Source: Octopus sinensis (Eukaryota). Taken from it: a stretch of DNA of 64,000 nucleotides. The position numbers were made by a program, and so were the translations under genes. Of this stretch, positions 12,718 to 25,790 are shown piece after piece; the stretch's first letter is position 1; each line of letters starts with the position of its first letter. Below the pieces are notes generated by a model. The model was not told where the DNA came from, did not search any database, and saw nothing but the letters and a program-made list of their open reading frames with translations. The stretch is taken from NCBI RefSeq assembly GCF_006345805.1, contig NC_043002.1:95480001-95544000 (forward strand), in the 5' to 3' direction.

Positions 12718-13110
12718 TCACCATCATCATTTAACATACCTTTTCCATGCTGGCATGGGTTAGATGGTTTAACTGAAACTGGTAATCTGTTGAGATACAC
12801 CAGGCTTAACCTGATTTGGCATGTTTCTATGGCTAGATGCCCTTCCTAATGCCAGTCCCTCCAAGAGTGTAGTGGGTGCTTATTACATGCCACTGGCACG
12901 GGTGCTAGTTATGTGACATTTGTATCAGCCACAACTATAATTTCACATGGCTTGATGTGTCTTCTCAAGCACGGCATATCACAAAAGATCTCGGTCACTT
13001 GTCATTGCCTCTGTGAGGCCCAATATTCAAAGATCAGGCTTTACCACCTTGTCTTCCAGGGTCCCATGTCTTCCTGGGTGTACCCCTTCCATAGGTTCCC
13101 TCCACAGTAG
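12718..13110 (-). mobile_element. RTE LINE 3' fragment
   Basis: Minus strand encodes TVEGTYGRGTPRKTW, followed by the RTE 3' UTR and CAT-repeat tail. Confidence 0.8.
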
Positions 13111-13394
13111 TATTCCTATGATGCATTAGCATTCCATCCTGGGTGGTGGGGAGTATAAGCACCAGAGAATCCAGGAAACTGGCCCCATGAGTTTATACGA
13201 CCTATGAAGGAGTTTTATCCTATTTTTTTTTGTCTTTTTAGAAAAGTTCTTACATAAAATCATAATAGATAGTTTTAATCTAAATATGAATAATTTACGG
13301 ACAGTTCTCTGAATTATAATCAGAGGTGGTTTCAGGTGGGTTGGTATCAAAAGATGCTCCAACAATCCATGCAAATATCCTTTTGCGTAAATAT

Positions 13395-13570
13395 CCATAA
13401 GCCCACTCTGTAAAATAGTTGGCATTAGGAAGAGCACCCAGCTATAAAAGCCATGCCAGATGGACAATGGAGCCTGGTGCAGTCCCTTGGCTTGCCTGCA
13501 CCTGTCATACCATCCAATCTATGCCAGCATGGAAAACAGACATTAAATGATGATGATGATGATGATGAGC
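13395..13570 (+). mobile_element. RTE 3' UTR/tail fragment
   Basis: GTTGGCATTAGGAAGAGCACCCAGC...GCCAGCATGGAAAACAGACATTAAA(TGA)n. Confidence 0.85.
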
Positions 13571-15318
13571 CATGGTAGTCTGTTTGAGAAGTCTCTTTAT
13601 ACGTGTGTAAATATGTGGTGTTTGTCTCACTATTTGATAATCAGTATTTATGTGTCCATAACTAAAAGGTTCAACAAAAACAATTGATAAAATAAGAACC
13701 AGACGTAAAAGAAAGCACTGGAGTGCTCCAAAGCAGTGCCCCAGCATGACCACAGTCCAATAACTAAAGCAAGTTTCAAGAATAAAAGCACCTATGTTAG
13801 ATTAGTATGGCAAAATGCCTGGTTTTGCAAGCAACAGATTAAATTTTGTCTAATAATAAAACCTGCTGGCTACTAATTATACCAGGGGCCTAAATTTTAA
13901 CTTAATAAGTTCAGTACTTGCTGAACCCTGCCAGCTGTAACACAAAACAGATTTGAAACAGAAATGTTCCACTATGGGTGTCACAAACTGAAAATAAGTT
14001 TTGAATATTTGGAAACAATATTGTGTAGTGTAAAAATAACATTAATAACAAATACATCGACAATATCATTATCAACAACAAGTAAAATATAAAGGCGGCT
14101 AATAGCTTTGAAGATGAAGTGTCAGGATAATAAATGTGATCTTTGGAAAGATTAAGAATCATTGAAGTTTTCCTTTCCTTTTTCTTTCGTTGTTTTTATC
14201 ATTGTTTGTTATTCTGAGATTTTGTCTTATACAAATATTGACTGATAAACACCAGTATTTTGGCTTTTTTGGAAAGAACATTCTAACTGCTTAATGTTAT
14301 TTTTAAAGATTATGAAGAATGTCATAGTTCAAATATTTTATTTAGATTTATGCAGGATAAAAATATATACTTTAGTAAATTAGTTGTAGATTTATAATCA
14401 AGAACATAACAAAGCTCTTTTTGTGGAGAACACATCTGACTACTGAGACAGACACGGATATATTAAATAGTATTTCAAAAAAACCTATGTAACTAATTAG
14501 CACTAGTTGCTTTTAGATAACTTGTTATAATAAAAGTTCTTTACTGAAAATCTATTGGCCATTAAGTCCTGATGACTTCCCAGTCTTGCTGTGGCTTTTA
14601 TTCCTCTTAAAATGAACCCATAAAGAATTAGTGGTGAAATCAATGTCGAGCCAGCTGGAGCCAAACATCCTGTTAACATATTTGTGATTTCAAGTCATTG
14701 TGAATGACAAATCATGATAGGGGAGACATTTTAAAGAGAAGGTCTGTCTGCTTAAGAAACAAATATAACTGTTCCAAGCAATTAATAGGAAAACAAATTG
14801 TAAATAGATGAATGTACGATTTCGATCAATATTATTATGGCTCAGAAGAATACTTCATCTGTAGAATAGAGTTACTAGATACATTACTTCTGTCTGGGAC
14901 AGTTTGTTGTTATTTACCAGAAGCTTTCATTTCTATCATGACACCTACAGAGAACCCAATCTTTTCTACTGAACATTAATATATTTATCCTTTACCAGTT
15001 CTCAATGCAATTTTTTTTTTTTAAATATGTTTTAGTATGAAGTAGAGAAGTATTTGTGATCTTTGAAAGTAAATCCCAGACTGGTTGATACGGTCAGTTA
15101 AAACTTCTGCAAGATGATGCTTGGAGGGAAACTACTCTTGGGGAATCGTCTAGGATAAAGGTTTATGTACTGTGTTTTGTGGGGAATCTTGAGAACTGAG
15201 ACACAGCCAGGATGATTTGATGGTAAAATATGGTAATTGTTTGTAAGTTCAGAGTAAAGGGAAGAAATAGAGCATCAGTGTGTTGCAGAGTGTTAGAGAG
15301 TAGAGAGTAAGGGTTTAA

Positions 15319-15539
15319 CCCTTAAGCATTTAAACCGGCCATACCTGGCCAAAAGTATTCTGCTTGTTTTATGTTCAAACCGGCCATATCTGGTCTCTCA
15401 CACCAACCCTACAATATCATCTTAAAAATTAACAGCTACCTCATCAAAATCTCATAACTGCAAGATAATGCATGATTAGTTCAAAACAATGTGGATAAAA
15501 GAGCATTAATTTTGGCAGAATAATGTGAACACTAAGGGG
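15319..15539. mobile_element. piggyBac-type MITE family P1, TTAA TSD
   Basis: TTAA|CCCTTAAGCATTT...ACACTAAGGGG|TTAA. Homologous to 28103-28326 and 34130-34347. Confidence 0.85.
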
Positions 15540-15867
15540 TTAATGCTATTTAAAACACTTCTATCTCTAGCAATGCCTGTTTTCAGATATTTGAGTAGTA
15601 CTCAACTGTAGGGTTCAGCTGAGCCTTGTATAGGGTTGCAATCCAGAAGTTTGTAATTCAGAAGAGAAGAAATCTGGTAGTAACAAGAACTGTAGCTATG
15701 GTGAGGGAAAAAAATCCAATGTTTTGCAACCAGTCCTTTACCAAGAAAGAGGAGAGAGATTTTCTTATGTTGTTATCTGAAGGTTGTGGTCACAATGGAG
15801 GTCAGATGTAGACAGTTAAACATTGTATCTCAGGCAAGGAGATTGGATGGTAGCTATATTTTAACTA

Positions 15868-16008
15868 TAAGGTTGTCCCAAAAGTTCGTAGAAAGTCTTG
15901 GAAAATAAGGATCTTTATTTTGAGGAATAATTTTTGTTGTTTTTGTTAGTACTTGGTGAGTAAAAATTCAATTTTCGCAAGTGTTTACGAACTTTTGGGA
16001 CAACCTAA
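15868..16008. mobile_element. mariner-type MITE, 141 bp, TA TSD
   Basis: TA|TAAGGTTGTCCCAAAAGTTCGTA ... TACGAACTTTTGGGACAACCTAA|TA. The inner 21 bp of the TIR are perfect. Confidence 0.9.
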
Positions 16009-16642
16009 TATTACATTATTATTTTCTTTTACTTTATTTGTTTCCAATACTAACTCTCGCTGGTTTCCAATGGTTCTGAATTTTACTTGATGAGACGGTC
16101 CTAACCAGACTTTCAGATGCAGATTTAATGCAATGTTATGAGTATAGGGTTGCCATGAGAGATCAGCGACTTTGAACCAAACATTTCTAGCTTCTAGATG
16201 GAGCATAACATTGTGTGTTTCCTTTATTTGTGTTATTACTGTGTGTTAATGTTGTTAAGGGAGTCTAGATTATCCCATCCACAATAGAGGATGTTTATGT
16301 AGTCTTTGTTAAAGATTGTTGTACATATATAGTCTGGTATATATACAGGTTAGATATGACTGTGAAAAGTATAAACTGCATGAAGTATGTGTGTTCAGGT
16401 TTTGAATTTGGTCATTGATAGTGATAAGGAAGAGAGTTGAGAGCATAACAAAACTTAATACAATTAATAATAGAATGGTATTTCTATAATCTAATTAATA
16501 TATTTATTTTCTTGAGATTATATCCATTTCATATTTTATTATTTATGATATTCTTTAAAAAAGCTAATTATAATGTAGAAATATAGTGTTTCTTTTTACA
16601 TTTATATAAATAGCATTATATATGCTGTGTGTGTGTGTGTAT

Positions 16643-16684
<42 letters not shown>

Positions 16685-16989
16685 TTAATGTCCACTTTCC
16701 TATGTTTACATGAATCCAACAAAGTATATTTAGGCAGATTTTCTAGGGTCGGACGCCCTTCTTCTCACCACCTCTCACCTTTTTCTAAACAAGGTAGTAT
16801 TTCCTCATAGTCAGACATGTTCTCACAGAATATTGGAAATTAATGACACTGCTTGTATGACAGTGAAACTCATTTACAACTATCATGCAAAGTCAAGACA
16901 AGATGACACAAGTATACACACACTCACACACACATACATGTATATATATGCACGCACGCGCATGCGCGTGTGTGTGTGGGGGTTTGAGC

Positions 16990-17215
16990 GTGTGCAGATA
17001 CTGGTGGTGTAATGCAAATGGCACCCGTGCTGGTGGCACATAAAAGCACCCATTACACTCTCAGAGTGGTTGGTGTTAGGAAGGGCATCCAACCATAGAA
17101 ACTGTGTCAAATCAGACTGGTGTCTGGTGCAGCCTTCCAGCTTGCCAGCCCTGATCAAACTGTCCAACCCATGCCAGTTTGGACAATAGACATTAAATGA
17201 TGATGATGATGATGC
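16990..17215 (+). mobile_element. RTE 3' UTR/tail fragment
   Basis: GAGTGGTTGGTGTTAGGAAGGGCATCCAACC...GACATTAAA(TGA)n. Confidence 0.85.
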
Positions 17216-17217
17216 AA

Positions 17218-17358
17218 CTGGTTTCTTTCTATCTACCAAATCCACTCACAAGACTTTGGTTGACCTGGGGCTATAGAAGACACTTGACCAACATGTCACA
17301 TGGTGGGACTGAACCCAAGACCATGTGGTTGGGAATCTTACAGCATATCTGCACCTAT
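17218..17358 (-). mobile_element. SINE family A head, degraded
   Basis: TCTACCAAATCCACTCACAAG...GGGACTGAACCC. Confidence 0.8.
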
Positions 17359-18797
17359 ATATAACTAATGAACTGTGACAAATATGAACAAAAATTTCTT
17401 CCTAGTGAAATGTTCTCATTCTATACTTTCCCTATCTCTCGTTCAATAAAATAACTTCATGTAATATAATGTCATTAATGAATAACCACACAGTAATGTC
17501 ATTGGTTACATCATACTGAAGAAATCCACCCAGACTGAAATAGCAACTTCTTACATTTATTAAGGTCTCTATAGTCGAAATGAGAGAAAAAGAAAAGAAA
17601 ATTCAATTAAGTAAATGCATAAAGTTAATATATTTTATGCCTTTCGTTTTATCAATGGGAAAAAAAAAAAACATGGATTTCTTGCAAGACATTTCTCCCA
17701 CTTGCAATGGAAATGAAATGAACAACCAGTAGACATAAAACTTATATACATGTGTGTGTGTGTGAGGGGGTTTAATAGTTGGGTGATTTGTTAAAGCCAT
17801 TCAAAGGAAATATCTAAAAGTGTTAAATTTAATATAGCAAACTTAACTTTCAAAAGACACCAAACCAAAGTTATATTCATATGAATGGAAGCTCGTTGAT
17901 AGACATTAGACACTAAATGATTAATGTGAATGGATTATAAACAGATAATGTAGGCTATATGAAGAAATATTTAGTGGTAAAGGTTGGCTGGCATTAACCA
18001 TAATTGAAGCAGCAAAGATGTCTGTGATGAAAATTGTAAAAGTTGAAGTTAAAATTTAAGGTTTATTTCTTTCTCTCAAGTCATTAAAGATCTGGCAATA
18101 ATCATTAGACTGTTTCAATGACGATGTGTAATAAAATTGTAAAATGGTTTCACTGTACATAATTTTAGCTAATTTAAATTTCAGAGTTGTCTCCCCTACA
18201 AGTTTTATACTGAATTAATGATAAAGATAGTGATTTTTTTTATACAAATGTACTTTTACTTGAAATCTCTTAGCTCACATAATTAAGTATGTGATGGTTC
18301 ACTCTAATATTCAAAATAATGGAAGTTGGAGATTTTAGCCTTCTTTGATATTTTTCAGTTAAAAATTAAAACAAGATAATTGATAAGCTTCCTTGAGGCT
18401 GTATTACTAATCAAAAGAATTCTAAAACCTGAGTAAAACCACATTAGCAGAGACAGGTCACTGTAAGAACCTGTATGTGGTTGTAAACTGCTACAAATAG
18501 CAATTAAATCTCTTTTAAATCACATGCAATGGTACTGAATTATTGGACAAAAGAAGTCCTATGCAGTTTGAAAAAGAAGGATGGTCTTGATTGAAAAGTT
18601 TTTGATCATAGGTTGCTCTCTCAGAGTTGACCTGGGGCTAAATAACATCATCATCGTCAGTATAGAGAAATAAATATATGCGTGACCAATTACAAGAATG
18701 CTTTTGATGGCTTTAGAAAAATAATTAACAATTTATTTAAATACTTAAAGATTCTCAAACAATTAAGTCAACTGCACAGCTAACACATACACCACAT

Positions 18798-19117
18798 GGA
18801 TCTAGGATATTTTGTCTAAAACACTTTGGTCTAATGTGCTATGGTCTAAAGAATTTTGGTTTAAAGTGACTTTTGTATGAATACACTATAGTCTAAAGAC
18901 ATTTTTGTCTAAATGCCCTTTAGTATAAAGACATTTTTGTCTAAACTCACTTTAGTCTAATAGCTATTTTGTCAATAGAATCTCAAAAAAAATGTAAAAG
19001 ATCTAAATAACTATACTATAATAATCCTTTTTGTCTTTAGGTGAAAATGCTTAGACAAAAATGCTTTTAGATCAAAGTGCTTTAGACCAAAGTATTTTAG
19101 ACCAAAGTGCCATATCC
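18798..19117. mobile_element. Foldback-like element with inverted arrays of a ~15-16-bp unit
   Basis: About 10 copies of (G/A)CA(C/T)TTT(T/G)GTCTAAA on the left and about 5 copies of TTTAGACCAAAGTGC on the right. Ends are GGATCT.../...ATATCC. No clean TSD. Confidence 0.65.
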
Positions 19118-19249
19118 CCCCCACCACACACACACATACAATCACGTACATATGCATTTAATCTCACTGAGCAATTAGACCCTGTGGTCAGATGATAGGA
19201 TTTCTGTGGCAGCTTGCATTGAAGATCAAAACAAGCTATCATTCTCTCA

Positions 19250-19253
<4 letters not shown>

Positions 19254-19328
<75 letters not shown>

Positions 19329-19330
19329 CT
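19254..19330. repeat. (CT)n microsatellite
   Basis: Directly visible. Confidence 0.95.
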
Positions 19331-19978
19331 CCCTATACATCATCAGTCATGGACTGCTGCTTCAAAATCTGAAGAATAGTGAATTTTCTTGAGAAACAAG
19401 CTGCAGTTTCCCCGTTGCCTTCTACCAGTTTATTACAGTTAGCTCTGCCACTCTCTTGTTCCCTTGATCTCACCTGTAAGGTACAGAGACTATTTAACCC
19501 TCAGGTAGGGTGATTGCTTCATGTGATATATCCACACTGGTAAGATTCTGTGACACATGGCTGGAGGCCAGCCCTTCTCAGTCTTGAATACCTTAGCCAC
19601 AAGACTATCGATGGCTATTTGACTCATACCTGGAGATTTGTGAGACCTATTACCACACTAGACCACTATGGATCTGGGAGTAATAGTTATTAAAGGGTAA
19701 TTCCACATTCCCCAACACATTCTGAACTCTTGGCTGAGAATTTAATCACTGAACATAGTTTGTGCCAACTCATTACCATGGTAACACTATTAATTTTAAT
19801 TCTGGCACAAAGCCAGTGATTTTGAAAAGAAGGGTTAGTTGACAACATTGATCCCAGTGTTCAAGCAGTACTTTCTTTAATGGCCTTAAAAGGATAAAAG
19901 GCAAAATCAGCCTTGCTGGAATTTGAACTCAGAATACAGTGTGTTTGAAGAAATGCTGCTAATTATTCTGCCAGCTTA

Positions 19979-20510
19979 TCATCATCATCATCATCATCAT
20001 TTAACATCCATTTTCCATGCTGGCATAGGTTGGACAGTTTGATCAGAGTTGGTAAGGCCAGGGACCACACTAGGCTCCATTGCTTGTTCTGGCATGGTTT
20101 GTATGGCTGGAAGCCTTTCTTAATACCTATTTCTTTATTACCCACAAGGGGCTAAACATAGAGGGGACAAACAAGGACAGACATAGGTATTAAGTCGATT
20201 ACATTGACCCCAGTGCGTAACTGGTACTTAATTTATCGACCCCGAAAGGATGAAAGGCAAAGTCGACCTCGGCGGAATTTGAACTCACAACGTAACGACA
20301 GACGAAATACCACGAAGCATTTCGTCCAGCGTGCTAACGTTTCCGCCAGCTCGCCGCCCTCTTAATACCAACTACTTCATAGAGTAGATTGGGCGCTTTT
20401 TAATGTGGTACCAGCACCGATATCAATTCTGCTGTGTCAGATGGGTCTTCTTGAGTACAGTAAGACACCTGATATCTCAGTCCTTTGCCATCTCCTTTGT
20501 AAGGGTCATA
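19979..20510 (-). mobile_element. RTE 3' UTR fragment split by SINE B
   Basis: The tail starts at the (CAT)n near 19979 and resumes after 20369. Confidence 0.75.
20128..20359 (-). mobile_element. SINE family B, full length, 10-bp TSD
   Basis: Reverse complement reads GGCGAGCTGGCGGAAACGTTAGCACGC...GAGTTCAAATTCCGCCGAGGTCGACTTTGCCTTTCATCCTTTCGGGGTCGATAAATTAAGTACCAG...GTAATAAAGAAATA. TSD TCTTAATACC at 20118-20127 and 20360-20369. Confidence 0.9.
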
Positions 20511-20511
20511 C

Positions 20512-20544
<33 letters not shown>

Positions 20545-20777
20545 CCTTTTCATTATAGACACAAGGACTGAAACTTTGGGAGAGGAGACTAGTTGATTAC
20601 ATCAACCCCAGGTACTTAATTCATCAACCCCAAAGGGATAAAAGGCAAAGTCAACCATGGCAGTATTTGAACTCAGAATGTGAAGAGCCAGAAAAAATAC
20701 CGCTAGTATTTTGTCCAACATGCTTAATCATTCTGCCAGTTTACTGCTTTAACAGCAACAAGACTTTTTTTTAATAT

Positions 20778-21062
<285 letters not shown>

Positions 21063-21425
21063 GTCTTCATCCTTTATACAATGTATTAGTGAGTGTATAT
21101 GTAACGACTGACTGAATGAGTATTTAGTAGTGTCTATGTATATGCTCACATGATTCTCGTAGAGATGAGAGCTATGCATAATCTGTCAGACATTAATAAA
21201 TATTTTACATAACCAAATATTATTAAACTTGATTTAGCTTAAACATTATTGTCTACTGAATATTATTAAACTTGACTTAGCTTAAAACATTATTTTTCAA
21301 AGTATCTCAGAAAACTTTTCGGTAATATTTTTCTCGGTGTCTTAGCGACTGTTTTAGTTTCTCTTTTCACTTAGTTGTCCTGCTCACTGTTTTTTCTATA
21401 TATATATACATATACATACATATAA

Positions 21426-21467
<42 letters not shown>

Positions 21468-21973
21468 CAGTAGTATTGTATTTCGTAACATTTAAATCTA
21501 TATTTCAGTGATTTCTAGTTTTATATTATTGCTTACATCTTTTTTTCATTTTTTTTTTTTTTCAGATATTTTCCCTGTCAATATTTCAAGAAAGAAATAT
21601 TATTTATTTATTGATATTGTAAATAAAACAAAGATATAAATACATTGAGTAAGGAAAAAAAAAATTAAGCGAAATAATAATCAGAAAAATAACGCTATGT
21701 CTGAATATGGATTTAGTTTATATTTTAATTTTTTCTTTTTTTTTTTTTTTTTTAGAAATTTCCAGTGTTGGTTATATATTCTGTATGTACCAAAAAATAT
21801 TAGTGTGTTTGTGTGCATGTGTATACATACATATAAACATATACAAATATATAAACACACATACATACACACACAAATATATGTATATACACAATTACAT
21901 ACATATACAGACATATGAATGCATAAATGTATAGATACGCATGTATGCATACATATATGTATTTATACATGCA

Positions 21974-22370
21974 TACTCTTTATTTGTTTCAGTCATGTGA
22001 CTGTGGCCATGCTGGAGCACCGCCTTTAGTTGAGCAAATCGACCCGGACTTATTCTTTGTAAGCCTACTATTTATTCTATCGGTCTCTTTTGCCAAACTG
22101 CTAAGTTACATGAACGTAAACACATCAGCATCGGTTGTCAAGCGATGTTGGGGTGGACAAACACAGACACATAAACATATATACACACATACACATATAT
22201 ATATACATATATACGACGGGCTTCTTTCAGTTTCTGTCTACCAAATCCACTCACAAGGCTTGGATCAGCCCGTGGCTATAGTAGACGACACTTGCCCAAA
22301 ATGCCACGTGGTGGGACAGAACCCAGAACCATGTTGTTCGTAAGCAAGCTACTTACCACACAGCCATATA
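21974..22370 (-). mobile_element. SINE family A, near full length
   Basis: Tail, body, internal microsatellite and head are all present. Confidence 0.9.
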
Positions 22371-22515
22371 TATTCATAAACAGATACGTGCATATATACT
22401 CATACACACACACATATAAACCTACTCAGACATATACACATATTCATATGCATACAAAGACACACTGCAACAAGCACACACACAAGACACACAAGCACAC
22501 ACACACACACACACA

Positions 22516-22553
<38 letters not shown>

Positions 22554-22726
22554 GTATCTATGTATCATAATTTTGTTGCATAGAGGAAAGTAAGGAAATG
22601 TTGATTATAAAAGTTCACCAAAATTCTATGATCAGAGACTTCATAAAATGAATACAATATTCTCATATACATTTTGGCTGTGTATATACATGAAACAATG
22701 TGTGTATGTGTGTGTTTGAGGACTCA

Positions 22727-22956
22727 TTTACTCTTTTATTTGTTTCAATCATTTAACTGTGGCCATGCTGGGGCACCGCCTTTAGTCGAGCAAATCGACC
22801 CCAGAACTTATTCTTTGTAAGCCTAGTACTTATTGTATCGGTCTCTTTTGCCAAACCGCTAAGTTACGGGGGACGTAAACACACCAGCATCAGTTGTCAA
22901 GTGATGTTGGGGCGACAAACAAAAACACACAAACATATACACACACACATACATAC

Positions 22957-22995
<39 letters not shown>

Positions 22996-23312
22996 TGAAA
23001 ACGGTAAGATAAGGTAAGGTTTTTCAGATGGCCAGATAAACAAAGAGATGCTGTTGTGGATTTCCAACTCGGCATCCAAAACTCAGAGTTTTATCTTGGC
23101 TATTGAATAATTGTCACATATTATTTTACATATATATATACATATATACAACAGGCTTCTTTCAGTTTCCATCTACCAAATCCACTCACAAGGCTTTGGT
23201 CGACCTGAGGCTATAGAAGAAGACACTTGCACAAGGTGCCACGCAGTGGGACTGAACCCTGAACCATGTGGTTCGTAAGCAAGCTACTTGCCACACAGCC
23301 ACTCCTACGCCT
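22727..23312 (-). mobile_element. SINE family A with a ~130-bp foreign insert in its internal (TA)n
   Basis: 3' half at 22727-22935 and head at 23148-23312, with unrelated sequence at ~22992-23128 between TA runs. Confidence 0.8.
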
Positions 23313-23751
23313 ATACTGTTGATAGTAATTATTATCACTGCACTCCCTTCACATCCATTTAATGATAACAGTTGGAAGAAAAAGTACTCAGTGCCATAGT
23401 ATCTAGATTAATATTATTTTGATTTTAGTTGATTCAGTCTCTTGCATCTCTGAGTTATGCCTGTAGGTATACAGAGTCTTCGGGCAAGTTATGACTGTTA
23501 ATACATTACATTCTTGATGTGTGTGTGTGTATACATGCTTGTGTGTGTGTGTGTGTGTGCATGTGTCTATGTGTCTGCATGCTTATGATTTTTCATTCAG
23601 TTTTATTTAAGTCCCTGAGAGAATTCATGTTGGTCGCTAACAAAGCAAGAAGACGTTTTGAGTTAAGAGAGTTTCTGGTTGGTCGGTTGGTATGTTGGTT
23701 GAACCATCGATGCAAACACCCAAGTGTGTGCATCTATTCACATAAGAATCT

Positions 23752-23966
23752 CTCTTTTACTCTTTTACTTGTTTCAGTCATGTGACTGTGGCCATGCTGG
23801 AGCACCGCCTTTAGTCGAGCAAATCAACCCCAGGACTTATTCTTTGTAAGCCTAGTATTTATTCTATCGGACTCTTTTGCCAAACCGCTAAGTTATGGGG
23901 ATGTAAACACACCAGCATCAGTCGTCAAGTGATGTTGGAGGGACAAACACAGACACACAAATATAT

Positions 23967-24011
<45 letters not shown>

Positions 24012-24546
24012 AAAAAGGAGATGTCGAACACGAGTTGTGATATATAAAAAAGGAAATGAAGAAAATGCTGACAAAATAATTGAAGTAATTTAATTAGGTG
24101 AAAGTTCTTTTTACCGGTTGCGCATTTGTTATGCTTATCAAAATATAAAAGAGAGATTAGAGTTCCTTTCTGATAGATTTTTTCCTCTTATCTGATAAGA
24201 GGAAAAAATCTATCAGAAAGGAACTCTAATCTCTCTTTTATATTTTGATAAGCATAACAAATGCGCAACCGGTAAAAAGAACTTTCACCTAATTAAATTA
24301 CTTAAATTACTTCAATTATTTTGTCAGCATTTTCTTCATTTCCTTTTTATATATATATATATACATATATATATACATATATACGACGGGCTTCTTTCAG
24401 TTTCTGTCTACCAAATCCACTCACAAGGCTTTGTTCAGCCCAAGGCTACAGTAGAAGACACTTGCCCAAGGTGCCACACAGTGGGACTGAACCCGGAACC
24501 ATGTGGTTTGTAAGCAAGCTACTTACCACACAACCACTCCTACACC
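23752..24546 (-). mobile_element. SINE family A with a palindromic insert in its internal (TA)n
   Basis: 3' half at 23752-23985 and head at 24375-24546. Confidence 0.85.
24040..24355. repeat. Near-perfect palindrome (arms ~152 bp, 1-nt loop at 24193), probably PLE pseudo-LTR-derived
   Basis: Centre ...CCTCTTATC-T-GATAAGAGG.... The arms differ only by a 9-bp duplication (AAATTACTT) and one homopolymer base. Each arm carries a decayed hammerhead-like motif. Confidence 0.95.
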
Positions 24547-24559
24547 TATTGTATTATTC

Positions 24560-25790
24560 ACAATGAATAATTTTGCTTCACATGTCTCTCCTCAAAATGT
24601 GACATCGATACATGTTTACCCATGAAATATAATTTATCGGCCATTACACCACATGCTATTTTCACTGTTTTATGTAATCCCAGTTTGCCAATTGTTTTCC
24701 AAGTATCTGCATTTATAATCATGATGTCACTACCTGTGTCTAACTGTAATTTGGTATTTGCATCATTTATTTTTACATGCATGAATTTTCTTGTTTTTCT
24801 GTTGCAATCACTCTCCACTGAAAACACTTCAGAACTTTTTGTGTTTGAACCTTGTAGTCTTGCTCTATAATTAGATCTCCTGTGTCCCATCTTCTGACAA
24901 CTATAGCACTTTCTATTTTCAAACAGACAATTGTTTTTGTAGTATAGGTTTCCACAACCTTAACATGGATTGGGGCTTGACACTTTTTTTGATTGTACTT
25001 CCCAGGACAAAACGTTTGAATTTTTGCAGTGTCTTTATTTTGTATTTTTTTCACATTATGTTTAAGATTTAGTCTGACATTCTTCTGCAATGGTCTGTAG
25101 AGATAAATCCTGGTTCACTTGCTCCATTTTCAAGACAATTCTTGCCCAAATTTCTCTATCTTCAGGTGCTATAAATCCTTGCATGAAGATAAGTGATTTG
25201 AACATGTCCTGAGTGTGATCCTGGAGTTTGAAATTTTCACACATACAGTTGACTACTCTGACGTAGGTGATAAAATCATCCTCCTCATTTTTTGTTAAGT
25301 TCCATCACTCCATTCTGATGCTGACTAATGAACTTCTATCATAAAAAATTTTTGAAAGTAATTCCATGGTTTCTTAGAAACCAATCTCACTCAACTTTCT
25401 GGGCAGAATAAAGTTACAGTAATACTCATGTTTGGCAGGAGCTACATTGCATAGTAAAAGCCTTGCTTTCTGCTCCTTCGACCATGACTTGCACTTATTG
25501 TTAAATATATAATACATGGGAAACATGATACCTTCCTCTGGATTATACATAAATTCAAAAATTGCATTAGCCATGCCATCTGGCGTAAACAAGCTTATTG
25601 GATTTTCAGATTTTGCTGACTGTAACTCAATTAAGTGTTGCTGTTGTTGTTGTTGTAGTATTCGTTTTTGCAACTTTTGCAGTTGTTCCTGTTGCTTCTC
25701 TTGAAGCTGTACTATTGCAACTAATAGGTTTTTCCATAATGCAGAAATTGTCAAATAACCAATGTGAGTTTCGAATGATCCTCGGCACCA
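24560..25790 (-). pseudogene. Ty3/Gypsy LTR retrotransposon gag-protease relic
   Basis: Gag-like FEFMYNPEEGIMF...KARLLLCN...HEYYCNFILPRK and CENFKL...FKSLIFMQG...LQTIAEECQ; degenerate Zn knuckle CYSCQKMGH; aspartic protease LQLDTGSDIMII. Possible PBS TGGTGCCGA at 25790-25782. No RT or integrase is visible. Confidence 0.85.
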
